Shown: positions 25,933 to 35,013, counted from the stretch's first letter. The stretch is 51,289 nt of DNA from an uncultured Burkholderiales bacterium (GCA_964637145.1 CAZWUN010000005.1:1-51289); one strand, 5' to 3'. Notes: generated by a model from the letters alone, not told the origin. A program made the numbers and translations.

Positions 25933-26838
25933 ATGGCACGCTATGCTCGCAAAGGGCGCGACGGGGCGCTCTATATCGGCTACCGAGAGGAAGACGGCGG
26001 AATCCTCATCCCCGACGAGCGCATGAAGGGGCCGGCCGGCAGCACGCGCACCGGGGACATCGTGGGCCACGAGTTTCGCTCCGAGATACTCGAGGATGAC
26101 CGCATCGTCATGGTCTACCGACCGCCCGGCTATTCGCCCATGAATCCCTGGCGCTACCCGGTGCTCTACCTCAACGATGGTCAGAACATGTTCGACGCGG
26201 CCACCTCGGCCTTCGGGGTCGAATGGCAGGTGGATGAGACCCTGGAGCACTTGATCGCCGAGCGGGCCATTCAGCCGATTCTGGCGGTGGCGGTCTACAA
26301 TTCCCCGGAGCGATTCGAGGAGTACACTCCCGCGCCCGATCCCAAGCATGGGGGAGGCGGAGCTGACCGCTACGGGATGTTCCTGGCCAACGAATTGCAG
26401 CCGTTCATCAACCGGGAGTATCGCACCAATACCGACCAGACTGCCCTGATGGGCTCGAGCCTGGGTGGTCTGTGCTCTTTGTATCTGGGCTGGCAGTATC
26501 CGCGCTGCTTCAACCTGGTGGCCGCCCTGTCGCCTTCCCTCTGGTGGGCGGGTCGGGAGCTGACCAGGGCCATTGCCGAGTCTCCTCAAACCTGTGCCGA
26601 CGGGCCGGAGAAGATCTGGCTCGACATGGGCACGGAGGAAGACAAAGATGACGACCTGATCGCCGACATTCGCGCCCTGCGCAAGGTGCTGGTGAGCAAG
26701 GGATACGTGGTGGGGGAGAACCTCTTCTATCGCGAGGTCAAGGGGGCCTATCACACGGAATCGTCCTGGGCCAAGCGGGTGGGCGATGTCCTGCAGGCCT
26801 TGTTTCCTCCCGGTCGAGGCTTCTTTACGGCCGACTGA
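25933..26838 (+). CDS. alpha/beta hydrolase, putative esterase family (enterochelin-esterase-like)
   Basis: YPVLYLNDGQNMF, nucleophile elbow GSSLGG, LSPSLWW; typical of the PF00756-type esterases. Confidence 0.8.
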   Translation: MARYARKGRDGALYIGYREEDGGILIPDERMKGPAGSTRTGDIVGHEFRSEILEDDRIVMVYRPPGYSPMNPWRYPVLYLNDGQNMFDAATSAFGVEWQVDETLEHLIAERAIQPILAVAVYNSPERFEEYTPAPDPKHGGGGADRYGMFLANELQPFINREYRTNTDQTALMGSSLGGLCSLYLGWQYPRCFNLVAALSPSLWWAGRELTRAIAESPQTCADGPEKIWLDMGTEEDKDDDLIADIRALRKVLVSKGYVVGENLFYREVKGAYHTESSWAKRVGDVLQALFPPGRGFFTAD

Positions 26839-26913
26839 GAGCGGGTGGTTGGTCGGCAGGAGTTTGCCTTGAATGCCGAATCATGGAGCTGGATTTTTAT
26901 TCAAGGAGCTTCG

Positions 26914-28872
26914 ATGCGTTCAAGAACTAGCCTTTATTTGCTCGCTTTGCTCTTCCTGTTCGGCTGTTCCGGCGGGGGGTCGAGTTCTGTCGGTGGTGGC
27001 ATACCCGCCCCGCCTCCAGGCCCTCAGCTCGTGAGCATGAAAATTGATGTCGAGGTCCCTGAACAGGCCCAGAGGGCCATTCAGGGACGCTCGCAGATTC
27101 TCGAAGTGGTTGCCGAAGTGGTGGACCGCAACACTCCTGACCCGGGCGCCCTCAGCGGTCGAAGGATTGTCTCGCGTGGGTCGGCTTCGGTGGGCGAGGA
27201 AGACCGCACGGTCAGGATCCTGCTGGACATCATTCCAGGAATCTGGGACATCTACATCTTCGGGTTGGATGCTGAGGGAAAGGTCGTGGCGGTTTCCACC
27301 ATCGACCAACTGGCTATCACGCCGGGCGTGGTGCTCGAGCAGAAGGTAAATCTCCAGTTCCAGAGCCAGTCTGTCGTCGTCAATCCGCCTAACCAGACGA
27401 TCCTGGTCGGAGAGCAGCAGCAGTTTTCCGCGCTGGTTTTCTTGCCCAGCGGCACCAGCACCAGCGTGACCTGGATATCTGACGACCCGGCCATCGCCAG
27501 CGTCGATGCCAACGGATTGGCTACCGGTATGGCCCCGGGAACGACCAATATTCGCGCCATTTCCACGGTGGACAACTCGCTTCAAGGTTTTGCCCAGCTG
27601 ACCGTGCTGGCCGCAACGGTACAAAGTCTCGACCTGGTGTTCTCCGACGCCACCAATACTGTTCAGGTCGGGCAGGTCGGAACCAGCTTCTTGACGACGG
27701 CCAACTTGAGCAATGGTACAACCCAGGACGTGACCGGACAGGCCACCTACACAATCGGCGATCCCACGATCCTGGCGGTCGATTCGGCCGGGGTGGTGAC
27801 GGCCCTGGCGGCCGGAACCACCACCGTGCAGGCAAGTTTGCCTGGAGTCGCGGTACTCAGCAACATCGTAACCATCACCGTGCTTCCGAACCTTGCTCGC
27901 GTGGTGGTGGTGGAGTCGAATGGAGCCGCCAGCCAGTTGCACAGCTTCTCGATGGATCAGGCGACCGGTACTCTCACGCCGGTGGATACCCTGGGGTTGG
28001 GCGGCAACCCGAGCAGAATGGCTGCTGACCAGCTGAACAACCTCTTTTCCGTGATCGTGAGCGGAGTCATTTCGCCGTTCACAATCGATCCGGCGGGGAA
28101 CCTCACCGCTCTCACGCAACTGGGCCTGGCCGATGGGATCGACTTTCCCCAAGCCCTGGCTTGTGATAATCAGCGGCTCTATGTGTCGAACAATCCCGCC
28201 GCTGGGAACGACCCGGTCCTGACCTTCCTCTTCAACGGAACCCAGTACGCTCCGCTTGCAGGTGCCTTCCTGGTGCCCGACAACATTGTGACTTTGTTCG
28301 TCAGCCAGGCTATCAGTTCGCTCTATACTGGCTCGAACAACCCCATTCCGAACTTCCCTGTGGATCAGGTGAATCTGGACGCTTCCGGGGCACCTGTTAG
28401 CCTCGGAGGCCAGCTGCAGTTCACCAACACTCCCAGGCAGATTGCCTTGAGCGCAAACAATGACTTCGCGTTCGTGGCAACCTCGACCGGCTTGCACACT
28501 GTGGATATCGACGCGAACGGCACGTTGCTGGGAGTCGTCGACGCCCAACCCCCGACCTTTGCCAACCCGACGGGCATCGCGGTGCACCCGAACGGAAACT
28601 TCGTTTATCTCATGTCGACCGCAGGCAACAGCGCAATCGACGTGTTCGCCGTGGATGCCTCCGGGCTGTTGACGCCTGTTCAGACGTTGCCGATCGCCGA
28701 CCAGGTGTTTGATCTGGCGATCGATCCGAGTGGGGCCTTCCTGATTTTTCCGGGACTCGCGGGTGACCTCGTGGCCGTTCATTCCATCGACCCCGCCACT
28801 GGAAATGTAAGTCTTGCGCCGGTTACGACAGCGACGGTCAATGCTCCCTTCGTACTCGACCTGTTTCCCTGA
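26914..28872 (+). CDS. lipoprotein with Big_2 Ig-like domains and a C-terminal lactonase-type beta-propeller
   Basis: ATG 26914 is preceded by AAGGAG (26903-26908). Signal peptide plus lipobox LLFLFGC. Two Big_2-like units (e.g. ILVGEQQQFSALV...VTWISDDPAIASVDANGLATGMAPGTTNIRA). Repeated propeller blades (FVYLMS, AIDVFAVD, LIFPG) at the C-terminus. Confidence 0.8.
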   Translation: MRSRTSLYLLALLFLFGCSGGGSSSVGGGIPAPPPGPQLVSMKIDVEVPEQAQRAIQGRSQILEVVAEVVDRNTPDPGALSGRRIVSRGSASVGEEDRTVRILLDIIPGIWDIYIFGLDAEGKVVAVSTIDQLAITPGVVLEQKVNLQFQSQSVVVNPPNQTILVGEQQQFSALVFLPSGTSTSVTWISDDPAIASVDANGLATGMAPGTTNIRAISTVDNSLQGFAQLTVLAATVQSLDLVFSDATNTVQVGQVGTSFLTTANLSNGTTQDVTGQATYTIGDPTILAVDSAGVVTALAAGTTTVQASLPGVAVLSNIVTITVLPNLARVVVVESNGAASQLHSFSMDQATGTLTPVDTLGLGGNPSRMAADQLNNLFSVIVSGVISPFTIDPAGNLTALTQLGLADGIDFPQALACDNQRLYVSNNPAAGNDPVLTFLFNGTQYAPLAGAFLVPDNIVTLFVSQAISSLYTGSNNPIPNFPVDQVNLDASGAPVSLGGQLQFTNTPRQIALSANNDFAFVATSTGLHTVDIDANGTLLGVVDAQPPTFANPTGIAVHPNGNFVYLMSTAGNSAIDVFAVDASGLLTPVQTLPIADQVFDLAIDPSGAFLIFPGLAGDLVAVHSIDPATGNVSLAPVTTATVNAPFVLDLFP

Positions 28873-28897
28873 ACCAGGCCGGTAAGAACAGAGAAAA

Positions 28898-28931
28898 GTG
28901 GGGGGGGGGCACCCCCCCCCTTTTTTTTTTT
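28898..28931 (+). terminator. rho-independent terminator made of homopolymers (G10-CA-C9 hairpin followed by T11)
   Basis: Read directly: G run 28900-28909, c a, C run 28912-20, T run 28921-28931. It starts 26 nt after the lipoprotein stop and has an A-rich tract on the 5' side. Confidence 0.7.
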
Positions 28932-28995
28932 ATTGATGGCGAACAGACATTTTTAAGGGATTAAATCCTGATCTGACGTATTTGAGGGGAGTTCT

Positions 28996-30711
28996 ATGCT
29001 CTCCACATCCACCAGTGCCGAGTTCCGACTCGCCGCGGCCGCTGATCTGCCGGCCGAGCTGGCTCGACTGCCTGAAGGGGCCACCGCAGTTCTCTCCCCG
29101 GGTCGTTATGTTGTTGGGGAGCTGAGGCTCAAGCGCAGCCTGCGGTTGGTGGGCGCCGGGCTCGAGCGCACGGTACTTGAGGGCTCGCTGCGCGTCGAGC
29201 AGGGGCAGTTCGCCCTGCTCGACCTCACTCTGGGAAATCTCCAGGCTCTCGACTGCCAGCTCGAGGTCGAGCGCTGTCGTCTCCCAGGGATCGCTCTCGA
29301 GGGCGAGACCAGCGCTCGGGTGCGCTTTTGCCAGTGCGAAGGAGAAGAGGTTGGCATCCGGGTGGGCGGCACGGCTCGGGCCGAGCTAGAGGGCAATCGC
29401 TGTTGTCAATGCCCTCTCTACGGCATTCTTTTCCAGGATGAAAGCAGCGGGCGGGCCGTTCAGAACGACTGCTCGGGCAACCAGGTGGGTATCGGAGTTG
29501 CGGGCCAGGCCGTGCCCGAGCTCTTGGGCAATCACTGCAGCCAGAACGAGTCGGCCGGGATCGCCTACCATCAGGAGGGCGGTGGCTTGGCCCGCAATAA
29601 TGACTGCGAGGATAACGGCCATCACGGCATCTCCGTGGGCGGTCATGCGGCTCCCCGGTTGCAGGGCAACTCATGTTGTCATAACGGCTTCTGCGGGATC
29701 GACTATAGCGGCCAGGCCTCCGGCAGTGCCGAAAGCAATACCTGCTATGGCAACCAGGCCTACGGGATTCAGGTGGGCGAGGTTTCGGAGCCACGTTTGC
29801 TGGCCAATACTTGCTCTGAGAACGCCCAGGCCGGCCTGGCTTATTTCGGACAGGGGCAGGGGTCGGCCAGCCGAAATCAATGCACCCGCAACCAATTGCA
29901 CGGCATCCAGGTAGGCGAGGAGGCGGCTCCCGCTCTGCGGAGCAACATCTGCAGCCACAACCTGCTCTCCGGGCTGGCTTACTACGGCAAGAGCTGCGGC
30001 CAGGCCGGACACAACGAGCTGCACGACAACCAGTACCACGGCCTGCAGGTTTGCGAGCAGGCCCGCCCCGTGCTTTGCGACAATGTGTGCCGGGCCAACG
30101 CCAAGTCCGGGATCGCCTGTTTTGGCGAATCGCAGCCCGTGATGGTGCGCAATCACTGCTTGCAAAATCAGCTCCATGGCCTCTATGTGGGAGAAAAGGC
30201 CGTTCCGGTGGCCCATGCCAACCTGGCCCACGAAAACCAGGGCAACGGCCTGCTGTTCACCGAGGAGGCGGCTGGTCTGGTCACTCATAATCAGGCCGAT
30301 GCCAACGCTCGCCACGGGCTCTACCTGGGCCATCGGGCCACCCCCTTCGCGCGTGAGAACCTGTGTCGGCGTAACCTGCTTTCCGACGTTGTCACTCTGG
30401 GCGAGGTCGACCCGGTGGTCAGCGTGACCGCGGTGCGTCGCCATCGGCTGACCCTCGAGAGCGAGGGTGGCGCCTTCGAGCTGGCCCTTCCTTTTGAGCT
30501 GAAGCCCACCGAGCGGGCTGTGCTCGAGCACCTGGCCCGCTATGGCCGCATGAGCGAGGCGGCTCTGGGCAAGGCGGTCGGCACCCGGCGCATCGGGGGG
30601 CTGCTGGAAAGCCTGGTGGAGCGCCTGAATCGGGCTGGATTTCTGGCTCTGGGCCGCGAGGGGGACGGTCCGGAGGGCAATGTCTATGAGCTGAGGAGAG
30701 ACCGACTGTGA
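28996..30711 (+). CDS. cytoplasmic right-handed parallel beta-helix (PbH1/NosD-like) repeat protein with C-terminal wHTH-like domain
   Basis: No signal peptide. About 16 consecutive ~23-aa repeats of the form N-x-C-x2-N-x3-G-I-x-V (e.g. GNHCSQNESAGIAY, NNDCEDNGHHGISV, GNSCCHNGFCGIDY). The last ~100 aa (LKPTERAVLEHLARYGRMSEAALGKAVG...LVERLNRAGFLAL) look like a winged helix. GAGGGGAG ribosome site before the ATG. Confidence 0.85.
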   Translation: MLSTSTSAEFRLAAAADLPAELARLPEGATAVLSPGRYVVGELRLKRSLRLVGAGLERTVLEGSLRVEQGQFALLDLTLGNLQALDCQLEVERCRLPGIALEGETSARVRFCQCEGEEVGIRVGGTARAELEGNRCCQCPLYGILFQDESSGRAVQNDCSGNQVGIGVAGQAVPELLGNHCSQNESAGIAYHQEGGGLARNNDCEDNGHHGISVGGHAAPRLQGNSCCHNGFCGIDYSGQASGSAESNTCYGNQAYGIQVGEVSEPRLLANTCSENAQAGLAYFGQGQGSASRNQCTRNQLHGIQVGEEAAPALRSNICSHNLLSGLAYYGKSCGQAGHNELHDNQYHGLQVCEQARPVLCDNVCRANAKSGIACFGESQPVMVRNHCLQNQLHGLYVGEKAVPVAHANLAHENQGNGLLFTEEAAGLVTHNQADANARHGLYLGHRATPFARENLCRRNLLSDVVTLGEVDPVVSVTAVRRHRLTLESEGGAFELALPFELKPTERAVLEHLARYGRMSEAALGKAVGTRRIGGLLESLVERLNRAGFLALGREGDGPEGNVYELRRDRL

Positions 30712-32027
30712 ATCAAGCACCCCCGGCCCTCGATCGGGCCGTCGCCCTGGGAATCGTCAACGCCCTGCGCTCGGGAACCGTTCCCCCTGAAGGGCTCGAG
30801 CACTTCGCCGTAGGGCTGGACGCCCCCATGAAGGCCCTGTCCGAGCAAAGAGCCTACGTCAAGCAGGGCAAGAGCGCCTACAAGTTCATCCGGGGAAGCT
30901 ACGGCTCGGGAAAGACCTTCCTGACCAGCCTGGCCGGCGCGGAAGCCCTGCAGGACGGCTTTCTTACCAGCAAAGTGGTCATTTCGGTGGCGGACACGCC
31001 CATGTACCGGCTCAGCGAGGTCTACCGCCGCCTGTGTCAGAACCTGACCCTGCCGGGTCGACGCGGGGGAGCCCTGCAGAGCCTGCTCGACCGCTGGCTC
31101 TACAGCCTGGAGGAGCAGGTCATCGAAGTGGACGGGGTGGACGAGAACGCTCCCGAGTTCGAGGCCGCCGTGGGCCAGAAGGTGGAGCAGCACCTGGTGG
31201 CCGTGGGCCAGAGGGCGGGCCGGCTGGCGGCCTGTCTGAAGGCTTACCACGAGGCCAAATTCCGCCAGGACTTCGAGGAGGCCAGGGGCATTCTCGACTG
31301 GATGGCGGGGGAGGCCAAGGTGGGCGCGGCCATCAAGCGGGTGGCCGGAGTGACCGGACAGATCGACAACACGGATGCCCTGGTGTTTCTGCGCGGCTGG
31401 CTCGAGCTGGTGCGGGCCGCCGGCCATGCCGGCATTCTGGTCATTCTGGACGAGGTGGAGACAGTGCTGCGCCTGCGCCGTCCCGAGCGGCTCAAGAGCC
31501 TGGAGGTGCTGCGCCAGTTGGTGGATGCTCAAGACAACCAGGAGTTCCCCGGTCTGCATCTGCTCATTACCGGCACGCCTGACTTCTTTGAGAGCCCGCA
31601 AGGCGTGCTCGAGCTCGAGCCTCTGCACGAGCGCATCAAAGTGCTCAAAGCCGACGACCAGCACGAGAACCTTCGCCAGCCTCAAATCCCCCTGAGGCCT
31701 TTCGACACCGGGCGTCTCTTGCTGGCCGCCCGGCGCATTCGCGATCTGTATCCGGCCGATCATCCTGACCGCCTGAAGACCCGGGTGACCGACGACGTCT
31801 TCGAGGCCATGGTCGAGCGGGTCACCCGCGGCTTCGGCGGACGGGTCGAGGTGGTGCCTCGCCTCTTCCTGCGCGAGGTGGTCAATTTGCTCGACCTGGT
31901 GGACCAGCACGAGAGCTACGTTCCAGTGCGCGACTACAGCTTCGACGAGAGCGCGGTCAAGGCTCTGGCCCTGGCGCCCGAGGAAGAGGAGGCCCTCAGC
32001 GGCGCCGCGCGCGAAGTGCTGCTGTGA
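30708..32027 (+). CDS. BrxD-like (DUF2791-type) P-loop ATPase
   Basis: GTGA start/stop overlap with the upstream gene; GAGGAG 9 nt upstream. N-terminal GTVPPEGLEHFAVG, Walker A GSYGSGKT, Walker B ILVILDEVE, then LLITGTPDFFE and RLFLREVVNLLD. Overall layout as in BREX type 2 BrxD. Confidence 0.75.
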   Translation: MNQAPPALDRAVALGIVNALRSGTVPPEGLEHFAVGLDAPMKALSEQRAYVKQGKSAYKFIRGSYGSGKTFLTSLAGAEALQDGFLTSKVVISVADTPMYRLSEVYRRLCQNLTLPGRRGGALQSLLDRWLYSLEEQVIEVDGVDENAPEFEAAVGQKVEQHLVAVGQRAGRLAACLKAYHEAKFRQDFEEARGILDWMAGEAKVGAAIKRVAGVTGQIDNTDALVFLRGWLELVRAAGHAGILVILDEVETVLRLRRPERLKSLEVLRQLVDAQDNQEFPGLHLLITGTPDFFESPQGVLELEPLHERIKVLKADDQHENLRQPQIPLRPFDTGRLLLAARRIRDLYPADHPDRLKTRVTDDVFEAMVERVTRGFGGRVEVVPRLFLREVVNLLDLVDQHESYVPVRDYSFDESAVKALALAPEEEEALSGAAREVLL

Positions 32028-34126
32028 CCTCAGCGCCCACCAGCGCTTTCTTTCAGCTCTCCGAGCGGATGCGCCACGGCCTGGTGCACCGGCTGGGCTG
32101 GCGGTCCCTGCGTCCGGTGCAAGAGGTCAGCTTTCCTCCCATCCTGGCCGGTGAGAATGTGCTGGTGCTGGCCCCCACCGCCGGGGGCAAGACCGAGGCC
32201 GCTGTCCTGCCCGTGCTGGATCGGCTGGGACCCGGGCTGGGCGCCCTGTTTCTCTCGCCTCTGCGAGCCCTCTTGAACAACCAGGAGCCGCGCCTGAAGG
32301 AGCTGGCTTCCCTGGTTGGCCTCGAGGTCTTCAAGTGGCACGGGGACGTGTCGGCTCACCTCAAGAAGCGGGTGCAGGCCCAGCTCTTGATGATCACGCC
32401 CGAGTCGCTGGAGGTCATCCTGACTTCGGGCCGGGGCGAGATGCTGCGCGCTCTCTCTTGCGTCATCGTGGACGAGATCCACGCTTTCGCGGGGGACGAC
32501 CGGGGAGACCACCTGCTGTGCCTGCTCGAGCGCCTGCGCGCATACACTTCGCACGACTTTCAGCGCATCGGCCTGTCGGCCACGGTGGGCAACCCCGAGA
32601 CGCTGTGTGAGTGGTTGCAGGGCTCGAGCCAGCGCTCGCGCCGGGTCGTGTCGCCCGCTCGCGAGCCAGGTCGCCGCCTGATCGAGATCCACCCTCACGA
32701 GGAGTTCCAGGACCCGATTCGCACTGCGGCCCGCCTGGCCCGGGGCAAGAAGTCCCTTTTTTTCGCCGAGTCGCGGGGCAAGGTGGAGCGGGTTCGCGGC
32801 CAACTCCAGGAACTGGGGGTGCAGGCCCTGGTGCACCATTCGTCCCTGTCGCGCGAGGTGCGCGAGGCCACCGAGCTGGCCTTTCGCTCGAGCAGCAACT
32901 GCGCCATCGTGTGCACCCGCACTCTGGAGCTGGGACTGGACGTGGGCGACCTCGACCTCGTGCTGCAACTCGATGCTCCCACCACGGTCTCGGGCTTTCT
33001 GCAGCGACTGGGGCGCACCGGGCGACGTGACGGCGCCCGTGGTCACATGGCTTTTTGCACCGATGACCGTTGGAGCTTCCTCAGAGCCATTTCCCTGATC
33101 TCCCTGGCTGCCCGCGGGGCGGTCGAGCCGGTGCGCCCCTCGCGCTTCTCGCCCCACCTGTTCGTCCATCAGGTGTTGACCCGCGTGCTCGAGCATCGCG
33201 GGCTCTCGCGCTCGGCTCTGCTGGCCACCGAGGGCTACTGCTTCGCCGACCTGAGTAAGCCGCAGCGCGAGCGCATCCTCGATCACCTGCTCGAGAAGGA
33301 CATCCTGGCCCGGGCCGACGGGCGGTTGGTGGTGGGCCGCCAGGGCGAGAAAGAGTTTGGACGGGGGTACTTCCGCGAGCTCTATTCGGTTTTCGAGGCC
33401 CCCCGCGAACTGGCCGTGGAGACTCCCGATGGCAAGCGCATCGGGGCGGTGGAGTGCTGGTTCGCCCAGGTGAGCGGTGACAAGCCATTTTGTTTCCTGC
33501 TGGCGGGTCGCGCCTGGCGGGCCGTTGGTTGTCTCTGGGATCGCTCCGTGCTGCTCGTCGAGCCGGCCGGCCAGGGGGCCATTCCCTCTTGGAGCGGCGA
33601 TCTCTTACTGCTTCAGCGCGACCTCTGCCGCGAGATGCGGTCTCACCTGGTGGAGGAGGCGCCGGTTGGGTTTCTCTCCGACCTGGCCCAGGCTCTGCTC
33701 GACCGGCTGAGGTCGGAGTGGCGGCCGCTCCTGACTCACGCCCCGGTGATCCTGGAACGCCGGGGCGAGAAGGCAACCCTGTTCACCTTCGCCGGGGGGC
33801 GCATCAACAACGTCGTGGGAAGGCTTTATACCTATCGGACCGGGCTGGAGGCCCGGGCTGACAACCTGCGCGTGCGCTTCGAACTGCCCCCGGATGAGGT
33901 CTGGTCTCGGCCCATGGAGCGGGTGCTGGAGGAACTGGCCAGCCCGCTCTCGGGCGAAACCCTCCAGGCTCTGGTGAAAAGCATCCCCCGCTCGCGAGCC
34001 TCCAAATTCCAGCCCTTTCTACCGCCCGACCTGGAGGCCGCTTTCGTGGCCGGGCGATTGCTGGACCTGGAGGGAGCCATGAGTCTGGCAGGCGAAGACC
34101 TGGGGGTGGTGACGTGGGATGTCTGA
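32024..34126 (+). CDS. Lhr-like SF2 DEAD/DEAH helicase (BrxHI-like)
   Basis: GTGA overlap with the upstream gene. Motifs: Q-region LRPVQE, motif I APTAGGKTEAA, motif II VDEIH, motif III SAT, motif VI QRLGRTGRR. A ~300-aa C-terminal extension as in Lhr-core proteins. Confidence 0.9.
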   Translation: MTSAPTSAFFQLSERMRHGLVHRLGWRSLRPVQEVSFPPILAGENVLVLAPTAGGKTEAAVLPVLDRLGPGLGALFLSPLRALLNNQEPRLKELASLVGLEVFKWHGDVSAHLKKRVQAQLLMITPESLEVILTSGRGEMLRALSCVIVDEIHAFAGDDRGDHLLCLLERLRAYTSHDFQRIGLSATVGNPETLCEWLQGSSQRSRRVVSPAREPGRRLIEIHPHEEFQDPIRTAARLARGKKSLFFAESRGKVERVRGQLQELGVQALVHHSSLSREVREATELAFRSSSNCAIVCTRTLELGLDVGDLDLVLQLDAPTTVSGFLQRLGRTGRRDGARGHMAFCTDDRWSFLRAISLISLAARGAVEPVRPSRFSPHLFVHQVLTRVLEHRGLSRSALLATEGYCFADLSKPQRERILDHLLEKDILARADGRLVVGRQGEKEFGRGYFRELYSVFEAPRELAVETPDGKRIGAVECWFAQVSGDKPFCFLLAGRAWRAVGCLWDRSVLLVEPAGQGAIPSWSGDLLLLQRDLCREMRSHLVEEAPVGFLSDLAQALLDRLRSEWRPLLTHAPVILERRGEKATLFTFAGGRINNVVGRLYTYRTGLEARADNLRVRFELPPDEVWSRPMERVLEELASPLSGETLQALVKSIPRSRASKFQPFLPPDLEAAFVAGRLLDLEGAMSLAGEDLGVVTWDV

Positions 34127-34472
34127 GCCGAAAAAGTTTGCCCTGAGCGCTGAGGAGATCCGCCCTCTGGTCCCGGGACGGGGAGCCTGTTTTGCCAGCG
34201 ATCGAATCACCGTGGATGGCAGTCGAGTCAACTACTGTTACCGAGAAGAGCCTGATAACGAGGTGGACAGCGGCTGGAGGTTCTTGGCAGGGGATGAGAC
34301 GGATGCCTATATGCAGGAGGTTTCCAATCACGGTATTTACGACGTGAACACGATCGCCAACTACGACCCCGACATCATCAGCTTGCTCGATTCTCCCATC
34401 GGCTCTGAGTTTGCGCGGGATCGGGCCAGTGGGGACTTCAGGGCCCTACCGGGCAAACCTCCCACGCATTGA
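34119..34472 (+). CDS. DUF2185 / Imm33-like small protein
   Basis: The ATG overlaps the helicase stop (ATGTCTGA). CFASDRITVDG..VNYCYREEPDNEVDSGWRFLAGDETDAYM....YDVNTIANYDPDI matches the DSGW-containing DUF2185 pattern as I recall it. Confidence 0.6.
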   Translation: MSEPKKFALSAEEIRPLVPGRGACFASDRITVDGSRVNYCYREEPDNEVDSGWRFLAGDETDAYMQEVSNHGIYDVNTIANYDPDIISLLDSPIGSEFARDRASGDFRALPGKPPTH

Positions 34473-34479
34473 CATTGCG

Positions 34480-34974
34480 TTAAAGGAGCCGACCGAGCAG
34501 GGCGGGCTCGTCGGATGGCTTGTGGAAGATCGAGTCGACCTCCAGTACGCCGTAGGTATCGAAGGCCTTCACGTCGTTGGGCCGCCGGGCGCTGTAGAGG
34601 ATGCCTTCGATGTCTTGCTGCTGGAATTCGTCGAGCAGGCGCTCGGCCCGGTCACTGGTGCAAAAGTTCGGGTCGCAGCCCTCGAGAATGGTGTCCAATA
34701 GTTGCTTGCGATAGTCGCTCGGGGGGCGCTGGCTCAACAGCTCCAGGAAGTTCAAGCCGTTGATGCGTTCCTGCAGGTCGGCCAGATCGAGGTCGAAGTC
34801 CGAGACGATGGCTCGCAGACGCGAGAGCTTACCGTCTTCGTGGGCTGCCAGGAGCGTCTGCAACGCTTCGCACGGGCTATCCACGACCCGGCAGCGTAGC
34901 TTCTTCGAGCGCAAACGTAAGACGGCGCGCTCGATCAGTTCAGGCTCATTTTCTATCCACAGTACCCAGGCCAT
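34480..34974 (-). CDS. receiver (REC)-like domain protein with incomplete acidic pocket
   Basis: VLWIENEPELIE...ALQTLL...AIVSDFDL follows the beta-alpha layout of response-regulator receivers, but with EN in place of the DD pair. No output domain. Confidence 0.45.
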   Translation of the reverse strand: MAWVLWIENEPELIERAVLRLRSKKLRCRVVDSPCEALQTLLAAHEDGKLSRLRAIVSDFDLDLADLQERINGLNFLELLSQRPPSDYRKQLLDTILEGCDPNFCTSDRAERLLDEFQQQDIEGILYSARRPNDVKAFDTYGVLEVDSIFHKPSDEPALLGRLL

Positions 34975-35013
34975 GACTCCCCGGATATCTACACCTGCCC
35001 CGGATCTCCTGCT

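Noticed and set aside
28933-28995. AT-rich spacer before the beta-helix gene with a TTGATG hexamer and a GGATT-A-AATCC palindrome, considered as promoter and operator.
   Set aside because: No convincing -10 element lies at the right spacing. It is plausible but not supportable from sequence alone, so it is mentioned only as context for the operon.
28996-34472. Whether the locus is simply a type 2 BREX (Pgl) system or classic Shango.
   Set aside because: No PglX-like methyltransferase, PglZ phosphatase, PglY or PglW-size kinase ORF exists in the window, and no TerB-like protein either. The 309-aa kinase at 20717-21646 is 7 kb away, on the other strand, and far too small to be PglW.
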